NCBI GenBank assembly: GCA_963675665.1
Contig: OY776510.1
Span: forward strand, 2,528,001 to 2,592,000
Reading direction: 5' to 3'
Source: Spirochaetia bacterium
Lineage (GTDB): Bacteria; Spirochaetota; Spirochaetia; UBA9216
Length of the DNA: 64,000 nucleotides
Shown here: one piece after another, positions 37,017 through 47,473 of the stretch
Layout of the letters: each line of letters begins with the position of its first letter
Position numbering within the stretch: position 1 is the first letter of the stretch
The notes under the pieces: model-generated
What the model was told of the DNA's origin: nothing
Seen by the model: only the letters and a program-made list of their open reading frames with translations
The model's database searches: none
Program-made: the position numbers and the translations under genes

Positions 37017-39023
37017 ATGCAATATATAACGCAGTTTATCAGCATCATATCCGTGATTGTCTTTTCGGCGCTGGTGATTACAATACTCAGGTCCAATATT
37101 GACAATATCCGCAAGGGCAGTTTTGTTCATTTCTTTTTAATTTTACTGATATGGCAGCTTTCCAATCTGGGCGTTTTTTTCAGCAGTAAACCGGTGACGG
37201 CTATAATATTTTACAGAATTGCTCTTGCTGCATCGGCAGGGTTTCTTTTTTCATATCTTCCTCTATGTTTGGGCGTGATGAATCACAGAAAAACATTTCA
37301 TACCATAGTTATCACGTTTATCCTGTTCGGAATCTACGTCATAATATCTATTTTAAAGGATTTTATTGTAAATCTATACATCGGAAAGGGCGGTTTTCTT
37401 GTTCAGAATTTAAGACCGGATATGAAAATATATTTTTCCCCGGCGCTCCTTGTCTTCCTTTCAGGCGTTGCTGTCTGCGTAATAAATATATTCAGACAGA
37501 AATCGGTGATCATTCGCCAAAGGCTTCTCTATTTTTTAATAGTCAGCATATTAATTCTGCTCGGCATCATTTCCAACCTTACAAGCCTGAAGGAAATGCC
37601 GTTTGATGTATTTTTGATCCTGCTCAGCGGTATACTGCTTGCATATTTATTTCTCAACAAAAGGCTTCTTGATATACGAAAAGCTTTCCCCCGCGGCATT
37701 TTAAACGCAGCTTTAGTAGCCGGTTCCGGAATTCTCTTTACATTGGGGATCTTTATCACATCAGCTATTCTTGAGAAAACAGTACCTTATGAAACAGTAT
37801 TGCCGGCATTGGTTATTTTTCTTCTTATATTTATCTTGTTCAATCAAAGGCTGAATCAGGCCGGTAAATCATTTTTATATAATTCGGTATTTTTTATAAA
37901 TTCGGCATTTGAACATGACCTTGAATCATACAGCATGAGTGTACGGAAAGCTTACGAGTTCAGCGAGATCTTTGACGCATTTCATTCAGCAATTATTGAT
38001 GAATTTCCGGTCTGCTGGATGACAGTTTATATGCTTGATACTGTAACGGGCAATTTCAGACTGAATTATTATGATGAAAATCTGAATAAATCCGAAGCAA
38101 GTGAAACAATTACAGAGGTAGAAGCCTTGCAGTCGTGCCTTAAAAAAACTGAAATTTGTATGGTTGATGAACTTTCAGAGGCTGAATATAAGGAACTTGC
38201 CGGTTTTTTTAATTATTTTCCCGGAGAAAATCCTCCTGATGTTATTTTGCCGCTTAAAATTAATCATGAAGTTGTAGGAATGATTGTTTTCAGATTCCGG
38301 AAAGAGAAAAACTTTTTTCTGGACAATGAGGGCTGGAATTATCTTCTGAAGCTGGGTAAATATACCGAGGATGCGATTGTACGTGCATACGCATTTGAAC
38401 AGCTTGCACGCGATGTTTACAGCAAGGATAATCTGATAAAAGATATAAACCATCGTGTAAAAAATAATCTTCAGATGATTACCGCGCTTTTGGCAATGCA
38501 GGAACTATCCACAAGAAATAAAGAAGCGGGGGATATTCTTAATGTTGCCAGAAGACGTGTAGAGATAATAGCAAATATTCATGAGATGCTGTATATAGGC
38601 GGAGTAGTAAAGACAATAAACCTTCGCGATTATGTATTGAAGGTTATTTCCGGGTTTGACGGTCGTTCTATAGAAGGTACTGAAATAGATTTTCAGGTGG
38701 AAGTGCCTGATTTCAAGCTGGAAACCGAAAAGGCTCTGACGTTCTGTCTGATTATAAACGAACTCGTCGGAAATGCAGTCAAATATGCTTTTCCCGGACG
38801 GGAATACGGAAGGATAAGTTTGAATATCGAAAGGGAAAGAAATGTCCTTCGGTGTATAATTCATGATAACGGCGCGGGGTATACCGAATCGGCTGATTCT
38901 TTATCCGAACGGGGAGGAATCGGCCATAAACTCGTCAGCTCTTTTGTTACAACCCAGTTGAAGGGAAGCTGGGAAATGATAAATGACAACGGAACCAGGC
39001 ATATTATTTTAATACCGCTTTAA
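37017..39023 (+). CDS. Membrane sensor histidine kinase (multi-TM, GAF-like, HisKA_2/HWE type)
   Basis: INHRVKNNLQ, NELVGNAVKYAF, DNGAG and GGIG. Confidence 0.9.
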   Translation: MQYITQFISIISVIVFSALVITILRSNIDNIRKGSFVHFFLILLIWQLSNLGVFFSSKPVTAIIFYRIALAASAGFLFSYLPLCLGVMNHRKTFHTIVITFILFGIYVIISILKDFIVNLYIGKGGFLVQNLRPDMKIYFSPALLVFLSGVAVCVINIFRQKSVIIRQRLLYFLIVSILILLGIISNLTSLKEMPFDVFLILLSGILLAYLFLNKRLLDIRKAFPRGILNAALVAGSGILFTLGIFITSAILEKTVPYETVLPALVIFLLIFILFNQRLNQAGKSFLYNSVFFINSAFEHDLESYSMSVRKAYEFSEIFDAFHSAIIDEFPVCWMTVYMLDTVTGNFRLNYYDENLNKSEASETITEVEALQSCLKKTEICMVDELSEAEYKELAGFFNYFPGENPPDVILPLKINHEVVGMIVFRFRKEKNFFLDNEGWNYLLKLGKYTEDAIVRAYAFEQLARDVYSKDNLIKDINHRVKNNLQMITALLAMQELSTRNKEAGDILNVARRRVEIIANIHEMLYIGGVVKTINLRDYVLKVISGFDGRSIEGTEIDFQVEVPDFKLETEKALTFCLIINELVGNAVKYAFPGREYGRISLNIERERNVLRCIIHDNGAGYTESADSLSERGGIGHKLVSSFVTTQLKGSWEMINDNGTRHIILIPL

Positions 39024-39082
39024 CGAAATTGCTGGAAAAAAAATGATTTGTGTCATATGCTGAATATTATAGGAGCCTGCTT

Positions 39083-40393
39083 ATGTCTGATAAACAAATC
39101 AAGTCTTTCGTAATCGATACCAACGTATTTATCCATCGGCCTGATGCCATTTCATCATTCAGGGATAATGAAGTTATTATTCCATTGGCCGTTCTTGAAG
39201 AACTGGACAGTCTCAAACGTTTCAGCGATGAAAAAGGCCGGAATGCGCGCCACGCAATCAGGTTTCTTGATTCGCAGGCTGCAAAAGGCGGTTCGCTGCA
39301 TAACGGAGTGAAAATGGAAAACGGGTCCGTCTTGCGGGTCGTACGTGCCGGCGGCACAAAACTGCCTCCTGATTTGACTGTAGACAAAGCGGACAACCGA
39401 ATAATTCAGACTGCGCTGGATCTGCAGAACTCCGGCAGACAGGTATTTTTTGTTTCCAAAGATATCAATGCCAGGGTCAAAGCCGAAGCGCTCGGGCTCA
39501 GGGCCGTAGATTATGAAAAGCAGAAGGTCGATTCATCATCAATGTACCAGGGCTGGAGAGAGGTCCAGGTAAGCCCTGAAACATATGAAAAATTCCGTAC
39601 TGACAAAAGGCTTGAATGGCGTGATTCGCTTAAATGCAACGAGTTTATCATAATAAAAGCGGCTGATGTAACCGGAACCCTTCTCGGCAGGTATAATGAG
39701 GCGTCCGGCGAATTGCGACTGCTTCCCGTAAAGAGAACATCGGTGTCGGGAATTAAACCGTTGAATATTCAACAGAAAATGGCTTTTGACCTGCTGCTTG
39801 ACGACTCTGTTCCGCTGGTTTCACTTGTGGGACAGGCCGGAACCGGGAAAACACTTCTTGCTCTTGCAGCCGGAATGGCAAAGGTAATTGACGAAGCCCG
39901 CTATAATCGCCTGCTTGTTTCCCGTCCGGTTATCCCTATGGGTAAAGACATCGGTTATCTTCCGGGTGATAAAGACGAGAAACTATCTCACTGGATGCAG
40001 CCTATATTTGACAACCTTGAATATATACTTGGAATAAACAAACGAAAAGACGAAGAAAAAGGGGTGGACTGGTTTATCAAGAATAATCTTATTGAGATTG
40101 AGGCCCTGACATATATCCGCGGCAGGTCCCTGCCGGACCAGTTTTTGATAGTAGACGAAGCCCAGAACCTGTCTCCGCATGAAATAAAAACAATTGTAAG
40201 CCGCGCCGGCAGAAATACCAAGGTTGTTCTCACCGGAGATCCGTTCCAGATTGACAGTCCATATCTCGACACCAATTCAAACGGACTTTCATTCCTCGTT
40301 GAGGCGTTCAAGGGACAGCCGCTGTTCGGCCATGTCACACTGGCACAGACAGAGCGAAGTGAGCTGGCTGAGCTGGCTGCCGTTCTGTTATAA
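39083..40393 (+). CDS. PhoH2: PIN domain fused to PhoH ATPase/helicase
   Basis: VIDTNV, LEELD, DNRI, SKDINAR, then GQAGTGKT, GYLPG, YIRGRS, DEAQN and GDPFQID. Confidence 0.93.
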   Translation: MSDKQIKSFVIDTNVFIHRPDAISSFRDNEVIIPLAVLEELDSLKRFSDEKGRNARHAIRFLDSQAAKGGSLHNGVKMENGSVLRVVRAGGTKLPPDLTVDKADNRIIQTALDLQNSGRQVFFVSKDINARVKAEALGLRAVDYEKQKVDSSSMYQGWREVQVSPETYEKFRTDKRLEWRDSLKCNEFIIIKAADVTGTLLGRYNEASGELRLLPVKRTSVSGIKPLNIQQKMAFDLLLDDSVPLVSLVGQAGTGKTLLALAAGMAKVIDEARYNRLLVSRPVIPMGKDIGYLPGDKDEKLSHWMQPIFDNLEYILGINKRKDEEKGVDWFIKNNLIEIEALTYIRGRSLPDQFLIVDEAQNLSPHEIKTIVSRAGRNTKVVLTGDPFQIDSPYLDTNSNGLSFLVEAFKGQPLFGHVTLAQTERSELAELAAVLL

Positions 40394-40479
40394 GGAAACT
40401 GAAAAATATTGAGGAATTTTGTCTATTTGATTTGAATTATTATAGCGCGTCTCTTATATTTAAAGTAGAGGATGTATTT

Positions 40480-40716
40480 ATGGAGTGTGCTAATTGCGGA
40501 AAGGACTTACAGCCGGACTTCAATTTCTGTCCCGGCTGTGGAAATCCGGTCGATCGTAATGAACAGTTTAAACAGGTCGTCGACGAATCTTTCTCCAGGC
40601 TTGAGGAGGTTGTATACGGCGATACAATGCTGAGGCTCGAAAATCTCTCGTCGAGGCTGGACAGTATTGAAGCAGAGCTTGAAAATTTTCTGTTAACCGC
40701 CCTGCCGGCAAAGTAA
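40480..40716 (+). CDS. Small zinc-ribbon/coiled-coil protein
   Basis: CANCG...FCPGCG. GAGGA RBS. Confidence 0.75.
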   Translation: MECANCGKDLQPDFNFCPGCGNPVDRNEQFKQVVDESFSRLEEVVYGDTMLRLENLSSRLDSIEAELENFLLTALPAK

Positions 40717-40779
40717 AGAGGCCGGAAGGGAAAATTTAACTGTATCAAAAGCCCTGCCATGCCGAAAATTTCCATAGAT

Positions 40780-43071
40780 ATGAAAAAGCTCTCCATTTTT
40801 CTTATAATATTATTGGTTGTCGTTTCCGGTTCCTACGCGGAAATAGAGTTTAAATCGCCGCTTTTCGGGCAGAACGATAATCTGCTCTTCACAGCTGAAA
40901 TTGAGGTGCCGGGTTACGGCAGTTATTCAACCCTGTTTAATGTCACTCTTGAAAATAAAGCACTTAATCAGCAGAAAAAGCTGCAGCAGCTTACGGTTTT
41001 TCCTGAAGAGGCGGTAATGCTTGACGGCGGCCGCACACTGCAGATACGAAACCGTTACGGGCTGTTCCGCACAGGCGACGGGTTTAACAGCCTGGATACG
41101 ATTGATTCCTATCCTGGATTTGTTGACGGTGCCCAGATAAAAACCGGGAAAATGCTTTCGTCTCATCCTTCTCCGGACGGGCAATACTTTGCCTATCTGA
41201 AGCCTGTGAGCTTCGGATACGGCAATCTTGTGCTTTATAACGTGCAAAGCGGAAAAGAAACAATGATCTCCGAGGGCCTTGATCTGAGCTACAGCGATGA
41301 AGTGGTTTTATGGTCTCCCGAATCTGATTTTCTCGTTTACAGCAAGGGCGGTAATGTATACTACTATTCTCTAGAGCAGTATTACCAGGGAAAGACCCTT
41401 GCTGAAGAATTCAGGAAGATTGGAAAAGGCCTGATAAATAATATCCGGTGGTCTGCCGGTAAAGAGCTGTTTTACCTTTCTGATTCCGTAATCTACAGGA
41501 TTATAAGTGCGCAGCTGTTTACCACTTCGCTTTACAGTGAATTGATGGAAACCGGTGAAATAGCCGGAAAAATTCCTTTTGATTTCGATCCTGCCAGCGA
41601 CAGTTTTCATGTTTCCCCTGACGGAGAGAAGATAATATTCAATAAAGCCGGAACCAATATATTTCTTTATTTTCTTAAAAATTCTGATTACTTGTCTACC
41701 GGAAACGTTGTATCGCTTCCGTACCTTTATCTGCCCAGAAATACCAGGCTGAAAAAGGTTATATGGCCGGAAAATGATATTGTTACAATTCTGACGACAA
41801 GTATAAAAGGCGGGGAACAGGAAACCTCGGTTTTCCGTTTTGATTTGCGTTATACGGATAAGCCTCTTGAATTCAAGGAAATACCTGAAGAAGATGTTGT
41901 AGATATCGAGTTGTCGCTTGATAATAATACAGTTGCGGTTCTTTATCCTGATCGCATTACTTTGAAAGATTACAGAACCTGGAGTTCATCGGAATCCTTT
42001 AAATACGACAATCCGTTAAAGGCCTTCTGGCTGGATGATGAGTATATGCTGATAGCCGGCCGCTATTCGACCGAAAAATATAATATCGTATCAAAGAATT
42101 CGCAGGTTCTGTCGGTTTCACAGGCGGACAGTTCAGGCTATACAAAGGACGGAAGTATATTTGCGTCGACAAACGGGAATATTTTTATCCGATCCGGGGA
42201 GAAAGGCTGGTCCCGCGTTTTCAGCATAGATGAAGCCGCCCCTGTTTCGGTTTCGGAAAGATACCGTGTCTATACGCAGCCCCTGTCTTCAGGTCCGTAT
42301 GCGAATATGATTATGCTTAGAATGCTGGACAGTTTCGGAACTGAGTCTCTTTTCCCGTACCCGGAAACAAAATATGAACCCTTTCCCGCCCGTGAAGAGG
42401 AAATTGATTTTAACAATTTCAGCCACGGCTCAAGAATAAGAAGGCGTGAAATCTCGCTTGTGTTTAATGCTGTTGATTCAGCCGAAGGTTTAACAGATGT
42501 GCTGAATATCCTTGATGATTATGATATAAATGCTACGTTCTTCGTTAACGGAAATTTTATGCGGCATAATCCGGAAGCAGTGCAGGAACTGGCAAAATCG
42601 AGCCATGAAGTAGGGTCGTTATTCTATGCCTACTTCAATATGACTGATTCAAAATACCGTCTGGATAAAGAATTCATCAAAAGAGGTCTTGCGCGCAACG
42701 AAGATGATTATTATGCTTTAACAGGAGAAGAACTTGCCTTGCTCTGGCATGCACCGTATTATGTAGTAAATACGGATATTATTGATGCTTCAATCGAGAT
42801 GAACTACACTTATGTAAACAGGGATATTGACCCTCTTGAATGGGCATGGAGCATGAAAGATTACGCCGGCGCCGGTTTAAGTGTTCCGCAGATGGTGGAA
42901 AAGATAATGAAACAGAAAAAGCCGGGGTCAATCATTCCCATCAGACTCGGAGAGGGTAAGGATGGAAACGGCGCACTTTACGGAAACCTGGATTTGCTCT
43001 TGAATAATCTGCTTGAAATGGGGTATTCAATAGTACCTGTTTCGGTATTAATGGATAGGGCCAGACGCTGA
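40780..43071 (+). CDS. Exported protein with beta-propeller-like repeats and a C-terminal NodB polysaccharide deacetylase-like domain
   Basis: Signal peptide, SPDG/WSP repeats, ISLVFNA, ATFFVNG, HEVG, WHAPYY and KPGSII. Catalytic motifs look degenerate. Confidence 0.75.
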   Translation: MKKLSIFLIILLVVVSGSYAEIEFKSPLFGQNDNLLFTAEIEVPGYGSYSTLFNVTLENKALNQQKKLQQLTVFPEEAVMLDGGRTLQIRNRYGLFRTGDGFNSLDTIDSYPGFVDGAQIKTGKMLSSHPSPDGQYFAYLKPVSFGYGNLVLYNVQSGKETMISEGLDLSYSDEVVLWSPESDFLVYSKGGNVYYYSLEQYYQGKTLAEEFRKIGKGLINNIRWSAGKELFYLSDSVIYRIISAQLFTTSLYSELMETGEIAGKIPFDFDPASDSFHVSPDGEKIIFNKAGTNIFLYFLKNSDYLSTGNVVSLPYLYLPRNTRLKKVIWPENDIVTILTTSIKGGEQETSVFRFDLRYTDKPLEFKEIPEEDVVDIELSLDNNTVAVLYPDRITLKDYRTWSSSESFKYDNPLKAFWLDDEYMLIAGRYSTEKYNIVSKNSQVLSVSQADSSGYTKDGSIFASTNGNIFIRSGEKGWSRVFSIDEAAPVSVSERYRVYTQPLSSGPYANMIMLRMLDSFGTESLFPYPETKYEPFPAREEEIDFNNFSHGSRIRRREISLVFNAVDSAEGLTDVLNILDDYDINATFFVNGNFMRHNPEAVQELAKSSHEVGSLFYAYFNMTDSKYRLDKEFIKRGLARNEDDYYALTGEELALLWHAPYYVVNTDIIDASIEMNYTYVNRDIDPLEWAWSMKDYAGAGLSVPQMVEKIMKQKKPGSIIPIRLGEGKDGNGALYGNLDLLLNNLLEMGYSIVPVSVLMDRARR

Positions 43072-43108
43072 TGCTGCCTGAATTTTACGCAGCATTTGAA
43101 AAAACAGC

Positions 43109-43135
43109 TAAAGCAGCTTTAATTCGGGACGATAA
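43109..43135 (+). promoter_or_regulatory. Sigma28 (FliA) promoter
   Basis: TAAA-N15-GACGATAA upstream of fliS (consensus TAAA-N15-GCCGATAA). Confidence 0.8.
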
Positions 43136-43186
43136 TTAAAGAGGTGCCATAACCGGCACGATGATATAAGCGGGGGAGATGATATC

Positions 43187-43612
43187 TTGAGCAATCTTAA
43201 TCCTTTAAATGCATACCGGGAAACAAATATTAAAACAGCGAGTCAGGGCAAACTGGTTATCATGCTTTATGAAGAAGCCATAAGGCAGATGGAAGTTGCG
43301 GTAAAAGGACTTGGCAGCGGTAATACAAAGCTTGATTCGATAAGTAACTCTATTATAAAGGCTCAGGACGTCATAACCGAATTAATGGTTTCGCTTGATT
43401 TTGAAAAAGGCGGCGATATCGCCAATAACCTGTACAGCCTTTATATATTTTTCAACCGGCAGCTGATGCAGGCCAATGTGCAGAAAGATGCGGAAATGAT
43501 TGTTCCGATACTTGATATGATGAAAGATCTGAAAGAAGCCTGGGGACAGGTGTTCAAGAAAGCAGGAACAGGATCTTCAGGAGTTCCCGGAGGGGTAAAT
43601 ATTGCAGGCTGA
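43187..43612 (+). CDS. fliS: Flagellin export chaperone FliS
   Basis: AYRETNIKTASQGKLVIMLYE, ELMVSLDFEKGGDIA.NL.SLY and LKEAW. TTG start after GGGGAG. Confidence 0.95.
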   Translation: MSNLNPLNAYRETNIKTASQGKLVIMLYEEAIRQMEVAVKGLGSGNTKLDSISNSIIKAQDVITELMVSLDFEKGGDIANNLYSLYIFFNRQLMQANVQKDAEMIVPILDMMKDLKEAWGQVFKKAGTGSSGVPGGVNIAG

Positions 43613-44022
43613 TGAAAGCTTCCGGGGCCCTCGGTTTATACATACGGGAACTGCATAAAAATTATCTTAAACTTAATGAAATTCTCAAACTGGAATCGGA
43701 CGACATCGCTTCGCTTGATGAACTGAAACTCGGACTCCATATCAGGATGGAATCAGAAACAGTAGACGCAATCAAATCGCTTACCGAAACAATAAGAACC
43801 TATCTCGAACAAACAGCAGTCGGAGATAGTGATGCCGGGCTTCTTAAAGAAGCTGAAGAGCTGAAAAAAAGCGCTGCAGCCCGGTCAAAGGAAAATTTAT
43901 CCGCCCTCAATGAAGGCATGCGGGGATTAAAAACAAAAATAGCCTCAATCAAACTTCCACAATCAGCCCGTAGGGTATATTATTCAGGTAATAACCCGAC
44001 TTTAATGGATATTGAAATATGA
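43612..44022 (+). CDS. Helical protein, possible FliT/FlgN-like flagellar chaperone
   Basis: All-helical 136 aa, overlapping both fliS and polA. C-terminal PTLMDIEI. Confidence 0.55.
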   Translation: MKASGALGLYIRELHKNYLKLNEILKLESDDIASLDELKLGLHIRMESETVDAIKSLTETIRTYLEQTAVGDSDAGLLKEAEELKKSAAARSKENLSALNEGMRGLKTKIASIKLPQSARRVYYSGNNPTLMDIEI

Positions 44023-46853
44023 AAAAAGAAAAACCGGCCTTGTATCTTCTCGACGGTTACAGTCTTATTTACAGATCTTATTTTGCATTTATCAACAGAC
44101 CTCTTCTGAATTCCAGAGGGTTTAATACCTCTGCAGTCTTCGGTTTTTTCAGATCCGTTGCAGCCCTTCTTGAAAGCCGCCAGCCGGAACTGTTCGGTGT
44201 GGTTCTTGATTCAACAACTCCTACATTCAGGCATGAAATGTATCCGGAATACAAAGCGAACCGTGAAAAGGCCCCGGAAGACCTCCATGCGCAGGTGCCC
44301 GTAATCCAGGAGATCCTAAAAGCCATGAAGATTAAATCCGTCAGAATGGACGGGTTTGAGGCTGATGATATTATTGCCTACTTTGCATCAAAATGCGTGG
44401 AAGAAGGACGAGAATGCTATATCATTACCGGTGATAAAGACCTGTTGCAGCTTGTCGGAAATGGCGTCAAAATCATGAAACCTGACAAGGGCGATTATCA
44501 GCTTCTTGATGAATCGGACGTTTCAGAGGTGTGGGGAGTAAAACCCGAACAGATAATCGACTACCTTGCACTTACCGGAGATTCGGCGGACAATGTTCCG
44601 GGCGTAAAAGGCATAGGCCCCAAAACTGCCGTAAAACTTCTTGCGGAGCACGGAAACCTTGAAGGAATATATGAGAATATTGAACAGCAGTCCGCAGGCA
44701 TAGGTAAGAAACTGTCTGAAAACAGGGAGAATGCATTTCTAAGCCGCAAACTCGTTACTCTTGCGCATGATTTCGGACTTACGGCAATTCCTGATGATCT
44801 TTCATGTGTTGAGATCGATCGTTCTGCAGGCGCTGCGGTTCTGCGGCGAGAAGAAGTCAACAGCATTGCCGACAGGCTTGACGGTAAAAGTACAGAAAGC
44901 AAAGAAAATGAAAAGGCCGGCAATAAAAAAAGCCCGGCAGCAGCCCCGGGCAACGGAGAGTCTCCCGTTGCCGAAATTATCTATAAAGGAATTTCAAGCC
45001 TGGGCGCTGAATACGGAGTTCCGTCGGGAAAGGGCAGTTATGAAGCTGTTACCACATCCGACCGGCTCAATGCCTGGATTGAAAAAGTCAGCGCTGCCGG
45101 AACATTTGCGTTCGACTCGGAAACAACCGATCTTGATTCAATGAAGGCGCTTCCGGTCGGTTTTTCATTATCGACAGCTGCAGGCGAAGGCTGCTATATT
45201 CCTTTGCGTGCGGCCGCCGGAGCTGAAGCCGGGGAGGATGAAGAGGGAACGGCCGTTAAAACCTGGCTGGAAGAAGATATCGTCAGGGCGGCGCTGAAAA
45301 GAATCCTTGAGGACCCGTCCCTGAAACTGGTCGGTCAGAACATAAAATACGATTACAAGGTGATGAAACGGTGGGGAATCGAAATAAAAAATATTGCGTT
45401 TGATACAATGACCGCCGCATGGATTCTGGACAGCAGCCTCGGTTCGTACAATATGGACTTTCTTGCCGAGCGCGCGCTTGGTTACAAAACAGTTCATTAT
45501 TCAGACATTGTTGCAAAAGGCGAAACCTTTGATACTGTTCCGCTTGAAACAGCTGTAGAATACGCAGCCGAAGATGCGGATATTACCTTTCGCCTTTATC
45601 AGGCTTTTACGCCCGAACTCGAGGCGCGCGGGAAAACAGAGCTTTACAACACTTTGGAGCTGCCGCTTGTAAGAATCCTTGCCGAAATGGAGATGGCCGG
45701 AATAAGGCTTGCTCCCGGGCTGCTGAAGGATTTCGGCAAGGATGTGGGAGAGCAGCTGGAAGTTATCGAGGCTGAAATATACGAACTCTGCGGTGAAGAG
45801 TTCAATATCAATTCCACCAAACAACTTCAGGAAATCCTGTTTGAAAAACGCGGTTTGAAACCCGTGAAGAAGACAAAGACCGGTTATTCCACCAATGTTC
45901 AGGTGCTTGAAATCCTTGCCGACCAGGACCCTGTTCCTGAAAAGATACTTGAACACCGCAGCCTTTCAAAACTCAAATCGACATATATCGATACCCTGCC
46001 GGCGCTGATAAACCCGGAAACCGGGCGTATCCATACGCAGTTTATTCAGACCGGAACAGCTACCGGCAGGCTTTCGTCGAAAGACCCGAACCTTCAGAAT
46101 ATCCCGATAAAAACTGATAACGGAAGAAGAATCCGCGAAGCTTTCATCCCGGCGGACGGGTGTGTTTTCATAAGCGCCGACTACTCACAGATTGAGCTGG
46201 TAGTACTGGCCCATCTTTCCGGTGATGAGGGGCTCCAAAAGGCATTTTCCGGGGGCGAGGATGTTCACAGGCAGACGGCGTCGTTGATATTCGGCGTATT
46301 CCCCGAAATGGTTACGCCGGAACAGCGCCGTGTGGCAAAGACGATAAATTTCGGCGTAATGTACGGCATGTCGGCTTTCAGGCTTTCGCGTGAGCTGAAG
46401 ATACCCCGGCGCCAGGCTGATGAGTTTATAGGCGCTTATTTCAGCCGGTACAGCAGGCTGCAGGAATTTATCGACAGAACAGGCGAAGAAGCACGAAAAA
46501 CGGGCACTGTTAAAACTCTTCGCGGACATGAACGGTTCATCCACGGTATAAACAGCAGAAACGCTACCGAACGTGCCGGCGCCGAACGAATCGCGCTCAA
46601 TACCCCGATCCAGGGGTCCGCCGCCGACATAGTTAAGATGTCGATGCTCAAAATTACTGAGAAACTGGGTGAGCGCGGGATGAAATCCAGGTTGCTGCTG
46701 CAGGTACACGACGAGCTGATCTTTGAAGTTCCGGAAAACGAGGTGGAGCAGATGGAAATTCTTGTCAGGGAAACAATGGAATCGGTTATAACCCTTGATA
46801 TCCCGCTTCGGGTATCGGTTGATATCGGAAAATGCTGGGGCGAGATGCATTAA
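44019..46853 (+). CDS. polA: DNA polymerase I
   Basis: LLDGYSLIYR, EADD, GDKD, GDSADNVPGVKGIG, FDSET, TGRLSS..PNLQNIP, SADYSQIEL, AKTINFG..YG and QVHDEL. Confidence 0.98.
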   Translation: MKKEKPALYLLDGYSLIYRSYFAFINRPLLNSRGFNTSAVFGFFRSVAALLESRQPELFGVVLDSTTPTFRHEMYPEYKANREKAPEDLHAQVPVIQEILKAMKIKSVRMDGFEADDIIAYFASKCVEEGRECYIITGDKDLLQLVGNGVKIMKPDKGDYQLLDESDVSEVWGVKPEQIIDYLALTGDSADNVPGVKGIGPKTAVKLLAEHGNLEGIYENIEQQSAGIGKKLSENRENAFLSRKLVTLAHDFGLTAIPDDLSCVEIDRSAGAAVLRREEVNSIADRLDGKSTESKENEKAGNKKSPAAAPGNGESPVAEIIYKGISSLGAEYGVPSGKGSYEAVTTSDRLNAWIEKVSAAGTFAFDSETTDLDSMKALPVGFSLSTAAGEGCYIPLRAAAGAEAGEDEEGTAVKTWLEEDIVRAALKRILEDPSLKLVGQNIKYDYKVMKRWGIEIKNIAFDTMTAAWILDSSLGSYNMDFLAERALGYKTVHYSDIVAKGETFDTVPLETAVEYAAEDADITFRLYQAFTPELEARGKTELYNTLELPLVRILAEMEMAGIRLAPGLLKDFGKDVGEQLEVIEAEIYELCGEEFNINSTKQLQEILFEKRGLKPVKKTKTGYSTNVQVLEILADQDPVPEKILEHRSLSKLKSTYIDTLPALINPETGRIHTQFIQTGTATGRLSSKDPNLQNIPIKTDNGRRIREAFIPADGCVFISADYSQIELVVLAHLSGDEGLQKAFSGGEDVHRQTASLIFGVFPEMVTPEQRRVAKTINFGVMYGMSAFRLSRELKIPRRQADEFIGAYFSRYSRLQEFIDRTGEEARKTGTVKTLRGHERFIHGINSRNATERAGAERIALNTPIQGSAADIVKMSMLKITEKLGERGMKSRLLLQVHDELIFEVPENEVEQMEILVRETMESVITLDIPLRVSVDIGKCWGEMH

Positions 46854-47473
46854 TGATTATCGGTCTTACCGGAAAGTATTGTGCCGGCAAGAATGCCGCA
46901 GCGGCTGTGTTTGAAGAGAAAGGAATCCCTTCAATCGACGTGGACAAGCTTGGCCATCGCGCGCTTGACGCCCGGATAGAAGAAATTGCCGAAGCCTTTG
47001 GCCCTGAAGTTGTTGTAACGGATAAAAACGGTAAACGTACAGTAGACCGCAAAGCTCTCGGCAGTATTGTTTTTTCTGATCCGCAGAAGTTGTTCCGGCT
47101 TGAAAAAATCTCGCATCCGTGGATGAAAGCCGAAACCGCAAGGCTTACAGCCGGATATAAGGCGGAAGGCCGCAGACATGTAGTCGTTAATGCCGCAATT
47201 CTTTACAGGATGGAACTTGATAAACTGTGCGACTGCGTTATATGGATTGAGGCGCCGCTGGTTACACGCTTCAGAAGAGCATTAAAGAGGGATTCTGCCG
47301 GTATTGCAGCTGTAATAAAAAGAATTTACACACAAAGACAACTCAAGCCTAAACCATCTGAAAATTCTGTCGATATTTATAGAGTAGAGAACAGAACGGG
47401 AATTTCTCCGCTCAGGCTGAAAATTGAGCATGTTCTCAATGAAATTGAGCAGAAGGGAAGCGATGGAAGATAA
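46853..47473 (+). CDS. coaE: Dephospho-CoA kinase
   Basis: MIIGLTG..AGK, IDVDKLGH, DRKALGSIVF and LEKISHP. TAATG overlap with polA. Confidence 0.9.
   Translation: MIIGLTGKYCAGKNAAAAVFEEKGIPSIDVDKLGHRALDARIEEIAEAFGPEVVVTDKNGKRTVDRKALGSIVFSDPQKLFRLEKISHPWMKAETARLTAGYKAEGRRHVVVNAAILYRMELDKLCDCVIWIEAPLVTRFRRALKRDSAGIAAVIKRIYTQRQLKPKPSENSVDIYRVENRTGISPLRLKIEHVLNEIEQKGSDGR
47350..47376 (+). promoter_or_regulatory. Possible internal sigma28 promoter for the SPOR gene
   Basis: TAAA-N15-GTCGATAT inside the 3' end of coaE, about 85 nt before the SPOR ATG. Confidence 0.5.

Noticed and set aside
44860-45270. Low-complexity insertions in PolA (possible intein)
   Set aside because: They are short Ala/Glu/Lys-rich linkers with no intein splicing motifs.
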